Origin: Trichlorobacter lovleyi SZ
Lineage (GTDB): Bacteria; Desulfobacterota; Desulfuromonadia; Geobacterales; Pseudopelobacteraceae
DNA: 32,000 nucleotides
NCBI RefSeq assembly: GCF_000020385.1
Contig: NC_010814.1
Location: forward strand, 1,950,001-1,982,000
Direction of reading: 5' to 3'
Shown here: one piece after another, positions 17,335 to 25,353 of the stretch
Layout of the letters: each line of letters starts with the position of its first letter
How positions within the stretch are numbered: the first letter of the stretch is position 1
Notes under the pieces: generated by a model
Databases searched by the model: none
Told to the model about the DNA's origin: nothing
The model's input: the letters and a program-made list of their open reading frames with translations, nothing else
Translations under genes and position numbers: made by a program

Positions 17335-18420
17335 GTGACAGACAATCATATGAGCGATAGTGAGCGGGTCGTTGAGCTGTTGGCCCGTAGAAATGCCGAA
17401 CTGGCGTCTTTGCTTGAGATTGGCAAGACCCTGATTTCATCGCTTGAACTGCGTGAGGTCTTGCAGTCAATCATGTCGCAGGTGGAACGTCTGCTGCAGC
17501 CAAAGACCTGGTCTCTGCTGCTGGTGGATGAAGAGACCAATGAACTCTGCTTTGAGATAGCGGTTTCACCGGTGGCGCAGGAGCTAAAAGGAATCCGCTT
17601 GAAGATGGGGGAGGGGATTGCCGGTTGGGTTGCCCAGACCGGCCAGCCGCTGCTGATCCCCGATGTCAGCCAGGACCCCCGTTTTGCCAACCATGTTGCC
17701 GAAGAGGTTGAATACCCGGTCAGCTCCATCCTCTGTGCTCCACTCAAGATTCGCGACAGGGTGTTGGGGGTGATTGAGCTGATCAACACTCTGGGAGAAC
17801 GCACCTTTGATGACGACGACCTGCCGCTGCTGGGCGCTGTGGCGGACTTTGCCGCCATTGCCATTGACAATGCCCGCAACTACAGGCGGGTCAGTGAACT
17901 GGTGGTGACCGATGATCTGACCGGTCTGCACAACGCCCGTCATTTTCATGAACTGCTGGAATATGAGCTTGAGCGCAGCCGCCGTTACAAGAGTCAGGTG
18001 TCACTGCTGTTCTTTGACCTTGATCATTTCAAAGAGGTCAATGACCGTTTTGGCCACCTGGTCGGCAGCCGGATGATTGCCGAGGTGGGGCATCTGGTAA
18101 AGCGTCATATCCGTTCCTCAGACCGGGCAGCCCGTTATGGCGGTGATGAGTATGTAGTGGTGCTCCCCAACACCGGCAAACAGGGGGCTCTGTCGGTTGC
18201 CACCAATCTGTTGGAGCGTTTTCGCGCGCACCTGTTTTTAACGGACAGCAATGAACGGGTTCCAATTACCGCAAGCTTTGGGGCAGCAACCTTTCCCGAT
18301 GATGCCCATGACCGTACCAGCCTGATCCGTGCTGCTGATTCGGCTATGTATGAGGCCAAGGAGGCAGGTCGCAACAGGGTTGAATATTTTTCAGGTAATG
18401 AAACCAAAATAATGTCTTAA
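17335..18420 (+). CDS. GAF-domain GGDEF-family dinucleotide cyclase (active-site motif GGDEY; Ser at the base-specificity position)
   Basis: N-terminal GAF domain (GEGIAGWVAQTGQPLLIPDVSQDPRF..PLKIRDRVLGVIELIN). GGDEF domain motifs: DDLTGLHNARHF, FFDLDHFKEVNDRFGHLVGS, an RSSD I-site 5 aa before RYGGDEYVVVL, and MYEAKEAGRNRV. The start is GTG 17335 (GGGGG upstream) or ATG 17350. Confidence 0.88.
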   Translation: MTDNHMSDSERVVELLARRNAELASLLEIGKTLISSLELREVLQSIMSQVERLLQPKTWSLLLVDEETNELCFEIAVSPVAQELKGIRLKMGEGIAGWVAQTGQPLLIPDVSQDPRFANHVAEEVEYPVSSILCAPLKIRDRVLGVIELINTLGERTFDDDDLPLLGAVADFAAIAIDNARNYRRVSELVVTDDLTGLHNARHFHELLEYELERSRRYKSQVSLLFFDLDHFKEVNDRFGHLVGSRMIAEVGHLVKRHIRSSDRAARYGGDEYVVVLPNTGKQGALSVATNLLERFRAHLFLTDSNERVPITASFGAATFPDDAHDRTSLIRAADSAMYEAKEAGRNRVEYFSGNETKIMS

Positions 18421-18443
18421 CTGATTGTATTGAAAGGAATTAT

Positions 18444-18812
18444 ATGTATCGATTAACTATCAAGACCGGCTTTGCCGCTGCCCATAACCTGATCAACTAT
18501 CAGGGCGATTGCGAAAATCTGCATGGCCATAACTGGAAGGTGGAGGTAACGGTAACTGCCAGTGAGCTTGACCAGGCCGGCCTGGCCATTGACTTCAAGC
18601 TGTTGAAGCGGGAAACAAATGCGTTACTGGATGAACTAGATCATAAGTATGTTAACCAACACCACTTTTTTCTGGATCTCTCTCCCTCTTCCGAGAATAT
18701 CTCCCGTTATCTCTTTCAGGAACTGTCCAAACGTCTGAATGACGGCAATGTCAAAGTGGAACGGATCGGGGTCTGGGAATCCGATAATGCCTGTGCCGAA
18801 TACTATGAATAG
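18444..18812 (+). CDS. queD: 6-carboxy-5,6,7,8-tetrahydropterin synthase
   Basis: 122 aa with the PTPS/QueD fold motifs FAAAHNL, GDCENLHGHNWKVEV and WESDNACAEY. Confidence 0.9.
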   Translation: MYRLTIKTGFAAAHNLINYQGDCENLHGHNWKVEVTVTASELDQAGLAIDFKLLKRETNALLDELDHKYVNQHHFFLDLSPSSENISRYLFQELSKRLNDGNVKVERIGVWESDNACAEYYE

Positions 18813-19551
18813 CTCGGCCCCATTGGTTGAGATATTTTCCTCCCTGCAGGGCGAGGGGGTGCTGGCCGGCTATCGCCAGATTTTTGTCCGTTTTCCGGGC
18901 TGTAATCTGGATTGTTCCTTTTGTGATACGGACTTTGAGGCGCAAACGGCCTGCCGGGTTGAGACCACACCGGGCAGCGGACAGTTTCAGGAGCTTGCCC
19001 AGCCGGTCAGCCTTGAAACCCTGCTCGGCATCATTACCCGCTGGTGTAAACAGCTGCCCAATGCCCACCACTCCATCAGCATCACCGGCGGTGAGCCGAT
19101 GCTGCATGCCGACCTGCTGGCCCGCTGGCTGCCGGAGCTGAATATCCTGCTGCCGATTCATCTGGAAACCAATGGCACGTTGCCGGAAGCATTGCCAAGA
19201 CTGATTGAACATCTGGACGTGATCAGTATGGATATCAAGCTGCCCGGCTCGGCTGCCACTCCGGAGCTGTGGCAGGAACACAAGCGCTTTCTTGAGATCG
19301 CCCTGGAACGGGATGTCTCGGTAAAGGTGATCGTTGGTGAGCTGACCACTGAACAGGAGCTGCTTAAGGCCTGTAAACTGGTTGCAGAGCTTGACGATGA
19401 AATTCCGTTCATAATCCAGCCGGTCACTGGCCGGGATGGACGGGTAGCTGTAGCCCCTGAACGGCTGATGCAGTTTCAAGCTGTTGCGGCCAAAAGGCTG
19501 TGTGACGTGCGGGTACTGCCCCAGATGCACCGTTTTCTTGAGGTGGCCTGA
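18805..19551 (+). CDS. queE: 7-carboxy-7-deazaguanine synthase (radical SAM)
   Basis: ATG 18805 overlaps the queD stop (ATGAATAG). The translation MNSSAPLVEIFSSLQGEGVLAGYRQIFVRFPGCNLDCSFCDT carries the QueE N-terminal motif and a CxxxCxxC cluster. ITGGEP is also present. Confidence 0.88.
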   Translation: MNSSAPLVEIFSSLQGEGVLAGYRQIFVRFPGCNLDCSFCDTDFEAQTACRVETTPGSGQFQELAQPVSLETLLGIITRWCKQLPNAHHSISITGGEPMLHADLLARWLPELNILLPIHLETNGTLPEALPRLIEHLDVISMDIKLPGSAATPELWQEHKRFLEIALERDVSVKVIVGELTTEQELLKACKLVAELDDEIPFIIQPVTGRDGRVAVAPERLMQFQAVAAKRLCDVRVLPQMHRFLEVA

Positions 19552-20276
19552 TGCTGCTGGAAGAGCTGACCATGCCCCAGGTTGAGGCAGCCCTGGCTGC
19601 CGGCTGCAGAACCGTCTATATCCCCTTTGGTGCGCTGGAAGAACATGGCCCCCATCTGCCGCTATCCACTGACACGATCCAGGCCTACCAGGTGGGCAAG
19701 CGGGCTGCTGAACTGGTTCCGCTCTTTGTTGCGCCCCCGATCCCCTATGGCAACTGCCGTTCCACCAGCTGCCACCCCGGTACGGTCTCCATCTCCACCA
19801 CCACCCTGCGCTGTCTGTTAAAAGACCTGGTGCGCTCCTTTTATCGTCAGGGGATGCACAATGTGGTGGTGCTGACCGGCCATGCCGGCGGTGCCCATCG
19901 CCTGGCCCTGCAGGATGCCGGTGAAGAGCTGCTGGATGAACTGCCGGAACTGCGGATCGCTGTGGTGACGGAATATGAACTGGCCAAGGATGAGGGCAGG
20001 GGGATCATTGAAACCCCTGGCGATGCCCATGCCGGTGAGATCGAGACCTCCCGCATCATGCACAGTCACCCCCATCTGGTACAGGGGACGGCCCCTGAGG
20101 AGTATCCAACCTTTCCCACCGGTATTCTGGTACGGGACAAACGTCGCTACTGGCCCGGCGGTGTCTGGGGTGATCCGGCCAAGGCCACCGCGGATAAAGG
20201 TGCCAGGATAGAAGAGCTGGTGGCCCGCAAGGTGGTTGAACTGGTCAGGCTGCTTGAAGAGGGGCGCTATGTCTGA
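19551..20276 (+). CDS. Creatininase-family metal-dependent amidohydrolase
   Basis: GALEEHGPHLPLSTD, VVLTGHAGG and GDAHAGEIETS match the creatininase/ArfB/MftE-family metal-site pattern. The ATG shares one base with the queE stop (TGATG). Confidence 0.83.
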   Translation: MLLEELTMPQVEAALAAGCRTVYIPFGALEEHGPHLPLSTDTIQAYQVGKRAAELVPLFVAPPIPYGNCRSTSCHPGTVSISTTTLRCLLKDLVRSFYRQGMHNVVVLTGHAGGAHRLALQDAGEELLDELPELRIAVVTEYELAKDEGRGIIETPGDAHAGEIETSRIMHSHPHLVQGTAPEEYPTFPTGILVRDKRRYWPGGVWGDPAKATADKGARIEELVARKVVELVRLLEEGRYV

Positions 20277-20661
20277 GCAGCCTTTTCTGCGTGATTGCTC
20301 CCTTGCCAACGGCCTGCAGGTAACGGTGGCGGATGTCTCACGTCACTACTATGGCGGCTACTGGCAGGTCTGCCTGGAGGTCAGCTGTCTGGTTTCGCTT
20401 GATCTGGGCCTGTTTTCTGAGCCGGCCATTGAGGCGGACGCCCGTCGGCTTCTGGGGACAGCGGTTCCTTTTGTGCGCCATCTGGAAAAGATGGCGGTGC
20501 ATGGTGATGAGCTGGCTGCTGTGCAACAGGAACTGCTGGAGCGGTTTGATCGCCACCTGTTGCCGTTTCTGGGCAATCAACAGTTTCCTTCCCGTTTTAT
20601 TCAGAGTGAGTTTCAAAAACGTTGCAAGAAGAGTAACCGTGGGATCCCCTGCCTGTTATGA
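20269..20661 (+). CDS. Hypothetical protein (130 aa), no recognisable domain
   Basis: ATG 20269 overlaps the creatininase stop (ATGTCTGA), and its own stop overlaps the rlmD ATG (ATGA). Translational coupling on both sides argues that it is a real gene. The sequence MSEQPFLRDCSLANGLQVTVADVSRHYYGGYWQVCLEV.. matches no family I recognise. Confidence 0.6.
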   Translation: MSEQPFLRDCSLANGLQVTVADVSRHYYGGYWQVCLEVSCLVSLDLGLFSEPAIEADARRLLGTAVPFVRHLEKMAVHGDELAAVQQELLERFDRHLLPFLGNQQFPSRFIQSEFQKRCKKSNRGIPCLL

Positions 20662-21971
20662 GTGTTGATGAGCTTGTGATTGAACGGCTGGCCCTGGGAG
20701 GCAACGGTGTCGGCAGAATTGACGGTAAGGTCTGCTTTGTGCCGTTTTCCGCTCCTGGCGACCGGCTGAAGGTACGGGTGGTACGGGAGCACCGTTCTTA
20801 CTGTGAAGCAGAACTCGTGGAGTTGTGTGAGCCATCACCGCAACGGGTTGAACCACGCTGTCCTGCCTTTGGGCGGTGCGGTGGCTGTGATTGGCAGCAT
20901 ATCAGCTACCAGGCGCAATGTGATGCCAAGCAGCAGATCCTGATTGAGACCCTGCAGCGCGTTGCCCATCTTCAGGCTCCGGCAGTTGCGTCAACAGCCG
21001 CGTCCGGGCTGGACTATGGCTACCGAGCCCGGGCCCAGTTCAAGCTGCATGCAACACCGGCGGGACTGGCGGTTGGTTTTTTTCGACGTGGCTCACGTTA
21101 TGTGATTGATCTGCCCCAGGGCTGTCCAATCTGTACCGAGCCCATTAACACCGCCATGCTGAAGCTGCGTCAGGTTATTCAGGCCGTTCCGGACCTGCAC
21201 CGCATCCCCCAGCTCAGTCTGGAGGAGGGGGCCTCCGGTGTCGTGGCGGTTGTGCATTACATCGGCAGTGACCAGCAGCGTTTGAAGCAGCTGCTTTTGC
21301 AGCACCGGGACCAGTTGGGGGTGAGCGGGCTTTTTCTGCAAATCGGCAGGAAAGAGGCACTGCAGCCGGTTTTCGGCTCCGGACATCTGACCTATCCGGT
21401 GCCGCGCTGCGATTTGTCTGCTGACGCCATGTCGCTTGGTTATGAGATCGGCGGGTTCTCGCAGGTCAATCGCCTGCAGAATCAGAAGATGGTCAAGCTG
21501 GTCTGCGGCTATGCCCAGCCTGCTGCAAGCCAGCGTATGCTGGATCTTTACTGCGGGAACGGTAACCTCTCCCTGCCGTTGTCCGGTGCCGTGCAGGAAC
21601 TGCTGGGGATTGAAGGGTTTGCCCCCTCAATTGCATCGGCAGTTGACAATGCCCGTCAACTTCGTGTAAACAATAGCACTTTCAGATGTAACGACGCCTC
21701 AAAAGAGTTGCGTCACCTGATAGCTCAACATGCCGTGTTTGATCTGGTGCTGTTGGACCCGCCCAGGGCCGGTGCTGCTGACGTTGCCCGTCAACTCGCT
21801 CAGCTTGGGGCACAGCGGATTGTGTATGTATCCTGTGATCCTGCAACGCTGGCCCGTGATCTTGCTGCGCTGTGCGGCGCTGCCGGGTACCGGCTGATTG
21901 AGGCTACTCCGCTGGATATGTTTCCCCAGACCGGCCACCTGGAAACAGTGGCCTTACTGACCCGAACCTGA
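20658..21971 (+). CDS. rlmD: RumA/RlmD-family RNA (uracil-C5)-methyltransferase with TRAM domain and Fe-S cysteines
   Basis: N-terminal TRAM-like domain (GGNGVGRIDGKVCFVPFSAPGDRLKVRV) and a Cys cluster (CPAFGRCGGCDWQH). SAM motif LDLYCGNGNLSLPL, DPPRAG, and the catalytic-Cys region YVSCDPATLARD. Confidence 0.86.
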   Translation: MSVDELVIERLALGGNGVGRIDGKVCFVPFSAPGDRLKVRVVREHRSYCEAELVELCEPSPQRVEPRCPAFGRCGGCDWQHISYQAQCDAKQQILIETLQRVAHLQAPAVASTAASGLDYGYRARAQFKLHATPAGLAVGFFRRGSRYVIDLPQGCPICTEPINTAMLKLRQVIQAVPDLHRIPQLSLEEGASGVVAVVHYIGSDQQRLKQLLLQHRDQLGVSGLFLQIGRKEALQPVFGSGHLTYPVPRCDLSADAMSLGYEIGGFSQVNRLQNQKMVKLVCGYAQPAASQRMLDLYCGNGNLSLPLSGAVQELLGIEGFAPSIASAVDNARQLRVNNSTFRCNDASKELRHLIAQHAVFDLVLLDPPRAGAADVARQLAQLGAQRIVYVSCDPATLARDLAALCGAAGYRLIEATPLDMFPQTGHLETVALLTRT

Positions 21972-22017
21972 ACAAGCTGTTTTTTCCATAGCGAATCTGC
22001 ACAACAAGGAGCGTACC

Positions 22018-22299
22018 ATGAACAAGTCTGAACTGATCGAAACCTTTGCCCTCCAACGCGAGATCTCCCACAAGCGGGCTGAAGAGGTGGTCAACATGAT
22101 CTTCAACTCCATGAGCGAGGCGATGACTGCTGGTGAGCGGATCGAGATTCGCGGTCTGGGGAGCTTTGTGGTTAAGGAGTATGGCGCCTATACCGGTCGC
22201 AATCCCAAAACCGGTGAGCCGATTGAAGTCAAACCGAAGAAGCTGCCGTTTTTCAAGGTAGGAAAAGAGCTGAAGGAGCGTATCCTGGACGGCGAGTAA
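22018..22299 (+). CDS. ihfB: Integration host factor subunit beta (HU/IHF family)
   Basis: 93 aa. MNKSELIE.., GERIEIRGLGSF, GRNPKTGEPIEV and FKVGKELKERI closely parallel E. coli IhfB. AAGGAG lies upstream of the ATG. Confidence 0.86.
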   Translation: MNKSELIETFALQREISHKRAEEVVNMIFNSMSEAMTAGERIEIRGLGSFVVKEYGAYTGRNPKTGEPIEVKPKKLPFFKVGKELKERILDGE

Positions 22300-22301
22300 G
22301 T

Positions 22302-23237
22302 ATGTCTCGTCGTATTGCAGCCATTGATTTCGGCACCAACACCGCCCGGCTTCTGATTGCCGATCTGGCTGATGACGGACAGTTTGAACAGGTGGCGCTG
22401 CAGCGAACCATTGTTCGTCTGGGAGGTGGCTTCAGCCGCGAAACCGGTCTGGCTGATGATGCCATCCAGCGTGCCCGGCTTTGCCTGCACCGGTTTGCTG
22501 ACACAATTCATAAGCATGGGGTCGGTTCGGTACGGGCTGTAGCAACCAGCGCAGTCCGTGACGCAGTCAATGGCCCGGCCTTTGTGGACCAGATGGTTCA
22601 GGAGACCGGTATCAGGCTCGGTGTGATTGATGGCCTGACAGAAGGCCGGATAGCGCTGGCCGGTGTGCTGACTGGTCTGGATCAACAACCGGAACAGGTG
22701 CTGCTGTTTGACGTAGGGGGGGGGAGTACCGAGTACACCATAGCTCGGGGCACCTGCCCCCTTTTTGTGCATAGTCTGCCTTTGGGGGTTGTGCGGCTGA
22801 CGGAGGGCAAGGCCGATCCGGCAGCCATGGCAGACAAGATCGGGCGTGAACTGGACAGCCTGCATCAACAGATGGCGCAGGCGCAGATGGCACTTTCTCC
22901 CGATACCCTGCTGGTAGGGACCGCCGGTACCGCCACAACCCTGGCTGCCATCTCGCTCGGGATGGCAGAATATGACTACCGCAAGGTCAACAACTGCATG
23001 CTGGAGCTGCAGGAAATTCAGCGCATCTATGAGCTGTTGCTGCCGCTTTCACCGGAACAGCGTCTGTCTGTTGCCGGCCTTGAAAAGGGACGTGAGGATC
23101 TGATTATTGCCGGTAGCCTGATTACCCTCCTAACACTGCAGCGTTTTGGTTTTAAATCCATGAAAGTAAGTGATTACGGGCTGCTTGAAGGTCTGGTGGT
23201 CTCAGACATTGCTTTGATTGATCAAATGCAGTCATGA
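22302..23237 (+). CDS. Ppx/GppA-family phosphatase (short, ~311 aa form)
   Basis: ASKHA-fold motifs IAAIDFGTNTARLLIA, VATSAVRDAVN and DVGGGSTE. It starts 2 nt after the ihfB stop. Confidence 0.87.
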   Translation: MSRRIAAIDFGTNTARLLIADLADDGQFEQVALQRTIVRLGGGFSRETGLADDAIQRARLCLHRFADTIHKHGVGSVRAVATSAVRDAVNGPAFVDQMVQETGIRLGVIDGLTEGRIALAGVLTGLDQQPEQVLLFDVGGGSTEYTIARGTCPLFVHSLPLGVVRLTEGKADPAAMADKIGRELDSLHQQMAQAQMALSPDTLLVGTAGTATTLAAISLGMAEYDYRKVNNCMLELQEIQRIYELLLPLSPEQRLSVAGLEKGREDLIIAGSLITLLTLQRFGFKSMKVSDYGLLEGLVVSDIALIDQMQS

Positions 23238-23261
23238 CAAAGTTCAATCAGGTGGTATACT
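23234..23261 (+). promoter_or_regulatory. Candidate sigma70-type promoter for the EAL-HDOD gene (ATGACA-16 nt-TATACT)
   Basis: ATGACA at 23234-23239 overlaps the ppx stop, and TATACT lies at 23256-23261, about 40 nt upstream of the GTG/ATG start. Pattern only. Confidence 0.25.
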
Positions 23262-23303
23262 CACAACTGTGTTTTTTGATGGCAACGTACCGGGGAGTTT
23301 TGT

Positions 23304-24542
23304 GTGGAGAGTAACAGCCATCTGATGGGCAGACAACCGATCCTGAACGGCCTTGAAGAGGTTGTCGGTTATGAGTTGTTGTTCCGTTCCCCCAAATCAA
23401 TTGCCACAGCAACCATTGAGTGCCCGGTTCAGGCAACCTCCCGTGTCATGTTGGATGTCATCTCCAGTTTTGGTATCCGCGAAATGCTGGGTGATCTGCC
23501 CGGCTACATCAATGTTGATGCCGAGATGCTCTTGAGCGATGCAATCCAGCTGCTGCCAAGTGATGTGATCGGTCTTGAGTTGCTTGAAGATGTTGTCATT
23601 ACGCCCGCTATTGTCGCACGTTGCCGGGATCTGAAGGCACAGGGCTATCAACTGGTCCTTGATGACCACCGTTACGGACCTCAGTATGAAGAGCTGTACG
23701 ATGGTCTGGTGGATATCATCAAGATGGACATGATCACGACCCCCCTTGATGATCAGTACCGCGAAGTTGAGCTGTTCAAGCGCTATCCGGTTAAGCTGCT
23801 GGCAGAGAAGGTTGATAGCCGCCACGTCTACCTGCGTTGCCGCAAGATGGGGTTCGAGCTGTTTCAGGGCTATTTCTTTGCCCGTCCTTCACTGGTGAAA
23901 AAGGCTCGTCTGGCCAACTCATCCAGCACTTTTTTCCAGCTGATGCAGCAGCTTTCACGTGATGCTGATATCAACGAAATCGAACAGACCTTTAAACAGA
24001 GCCCCGCCCTGACCTATAAGCTGCTCCTGCTGGTCAATTCTGTCTCCTTTTCCATCAGAGAAAAGATTCGGACCGTACGTCACGCCATTATGCAAGTGGG
24101 GAGGCAACACCTGAAGCGCTGGGTGCAACTGGCAATCTTTGCCGATGACGGTGGTTTGGGGGTACATAACCCTTTGCTGGAGATGGCTGCAGTGCGGGCT
24201 GCTTTCATGGAGGAGCTGGCCAGGCTAGAATTGAGCAAGACACGGCTGCTGCGGTATGCCCAGCCGGATGAATGTTTTATGCTGGGCACCTTGTCGGTCC
24301 TGAAAGACGTCTGTGAGATCGGCACTGATGATATGCGTAAAAACCTGAATTTGTCAGATGATCTTGTTGGCGCCCTGGTGGCCCATGAAGGGGATCTGGG
24401 TACCATGCTCTGTCTGGCAGAGATGATTGAACAGCTTGAGTTTGAAGAGGCAGAGCAGTGCCTTGGACGGTTGGGGGTCTCACCTGATCTGGTGCTTGAT
24501 TGCCAGAAAAAGGCCTACAGTTGGCGTAACAGCCTGGTCTGA
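23304..24542 (+). CDS. EAL-domain plus HDOD-domain signalling protein (COG3434-like)
   Basis: N-terminal EAL-like domain (GRQPILNGLEEVVGYELLFR, YINVD, GLELLED, LVLDDHRYG, IIKMD, LLAEKVD, FQGYFFARP). C-terminal HDOD-like domain (SPALTYKLLLLVNS..VRHAIMQVG). GTG 23304 lies 6 nt after GGGGAG; ATG 23325 is an alternative start. Confidence 0.84.
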   Translation: MESNSHLMGRQPILNGLEEVVGYELLFRSPKSIATATIECPVQATSRVMLDVISSFGIREMLGDLPGYINVDAEMLLSDAIQLLPSDVIGLELLEDVVITPAIVARCRDLKAQGYQLVLDDHRYGPQYEELYDGLVDIIKMDMITTPLDDQYREVELFKRYPVKLLAEKVDSRHVYLRCRKMGFELFQGYFFARPSLVKKARLANSSSTFFQLMQQLSRDADINEIEQTFKQSPALTYKLLLLVNSVSFSIREKIRTVRHAIMQVGRQHLKRWVQLAIFADDGGLGVHNPLLEMAAVRAAFMEELARLELSKTRLLRYAQPDECFMLGTLSVLKDVCEIGTDDMRKNLNLSDDLVGALVAHEGDLGTMLCLAEMIEQLEFEEAEQCLGRLGVSPDLVLDCQKKAYSWRNSLV

Positions 24543-24549
24543 TCCGCTG

Positions 24550-25353
24550 CTATTGTTTTGATATGACCTTGCTGTGCTCCCTGACCGTTTTAGCACGCTG
24601 CAGATAGCCCTGCTGCAGCTCTTTATTGCCTTGTAAGCCGGCCAGTTCTGCCAAGGCCTCCAGGTCCGCTGCGATCTTTGCCGAGGCCTCCTGTTGCTTG
24701 TCCAGCTTCAGTGCCTCCTGCAGCAATTCTTCTGCTTTATCAAACTGTCGTTCCTGTGCCGTGATCAATCCCAACATCCGCAGCGAGTTTGCACGCTCCA
24801 GTTCCGCGCCGTCACGCTTGTTGGCTGCTAATGCAGCTTCAGCCAGCCGCGCTGCTTCGGTTTTGTCACCTGTCATCAGGGCGATCCGGGCCAGCAGGTT
24901 CAAACGCCGCCCCTGCAGGTTACCCTGTTCTGATGTCAGAGAGATCCGTGCCCAGCGGCCGGCTTCTGCAAGGCGATTGGCTGCCAGTTCCTGCAGCGCT
25001 TTTTCCTGGGCAGCATCGGCATACTGCGAAGTGCCGCCGGCATTGGCAAGGGCCTGCTCCACCAGTTGCGCAGCCAGTTGCAACTTGCCGTCGTGACGGG
25101 CAAGTCTGCTCTGATTCAGCAGTGTCAGGCTCACGCCGTTACGATCATCCTGTGCTGAGGCGAGCCGCAGTGCCTCTTGTAACAGTTCCTGCGCGTCAGT
25201 GGCATAGCCCTTTGCAGCGCTGCCGAGAGCCCGTTCATTCAGGTCTGAAATTTTGCGTTCATGTTCGGACAGTTGCACCCTGCTGCCAAAACAACCGCTC
25301 AACAGCGCAGAGGCGGCCAGGATCAGGATCGTTTTAACGAGTGCGTTATTCAT
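24550..25353 (-). CDS. TPR-like repeat lipoprotein
   Basis: ATG 25353 overlaps the MCE gene stop (ATGAATAA). The lipoprotein signal is MNNALVKTILILAASALLSGC. The remainder is Ala/Leu/Glu-rich helical-repeat (TPR-like) sequence. The ORF-track GTG at 25362 is an alternative start. Confidence 0.75.
   Translation of the reverse strand: MNNALVKTILILAASALLSGCFGSRVQLSEHERKISDLNERALGSAAKGYATDAQELLQEALRLASAQDDRNGVSLTLLNQSRLARHDGKLQLAAQLVEQALANAGGTSQYADAAQEKALQELAANRLAEAGRWARISLTSEQGNLQGRRLNLLARIALMTGDKTEAARLAEAALAANKRDGAELERANSLRMLGLITAQERQFDKAEELLQEALKLDKQQEASAKIAADLEALAELAGLQGNKELQQGYLQRAKTVREHSKVISKQ

Noticed and set aside
18421-18443. Possible preQ1 riboswitch upstream of queD
   Set aside because: The intergenic gap is only 23 nt, enough for an RBS and too short for any riboswitch aptamer. 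The upstream sequence is the GGDEF coding region.
18751-19530. 259-aa minus-strand ORF opposite queE
   Set aside because: It is a shadow frame of a confidently identified radical-SAM gene and has no domain signature.
22188-22868. 226-aa minus-strand ORF opposite ihfB and the ppx-family gene
   Set aside because: It spans two well-supported plus-strand genes plus their junction, and no family resemblance was seen.
23304-24542. Suspected catalytically degenerate EAL domain (ELL instead of EAL, DDHRYG instead of DDFGTG, EKVD instead of EGVE)
   Set aside because: Most metal and catalytic positions appear retained: E of ELL, N of INVD, E of LELLED, the DD pair, K of KMD, the first E of AEKVD, and Q of FQG. 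These variants are also the norm for the EAL-HDOD (COG3434) family as I recall it. I therefore cannot argue for loss of activity from sequence alone.
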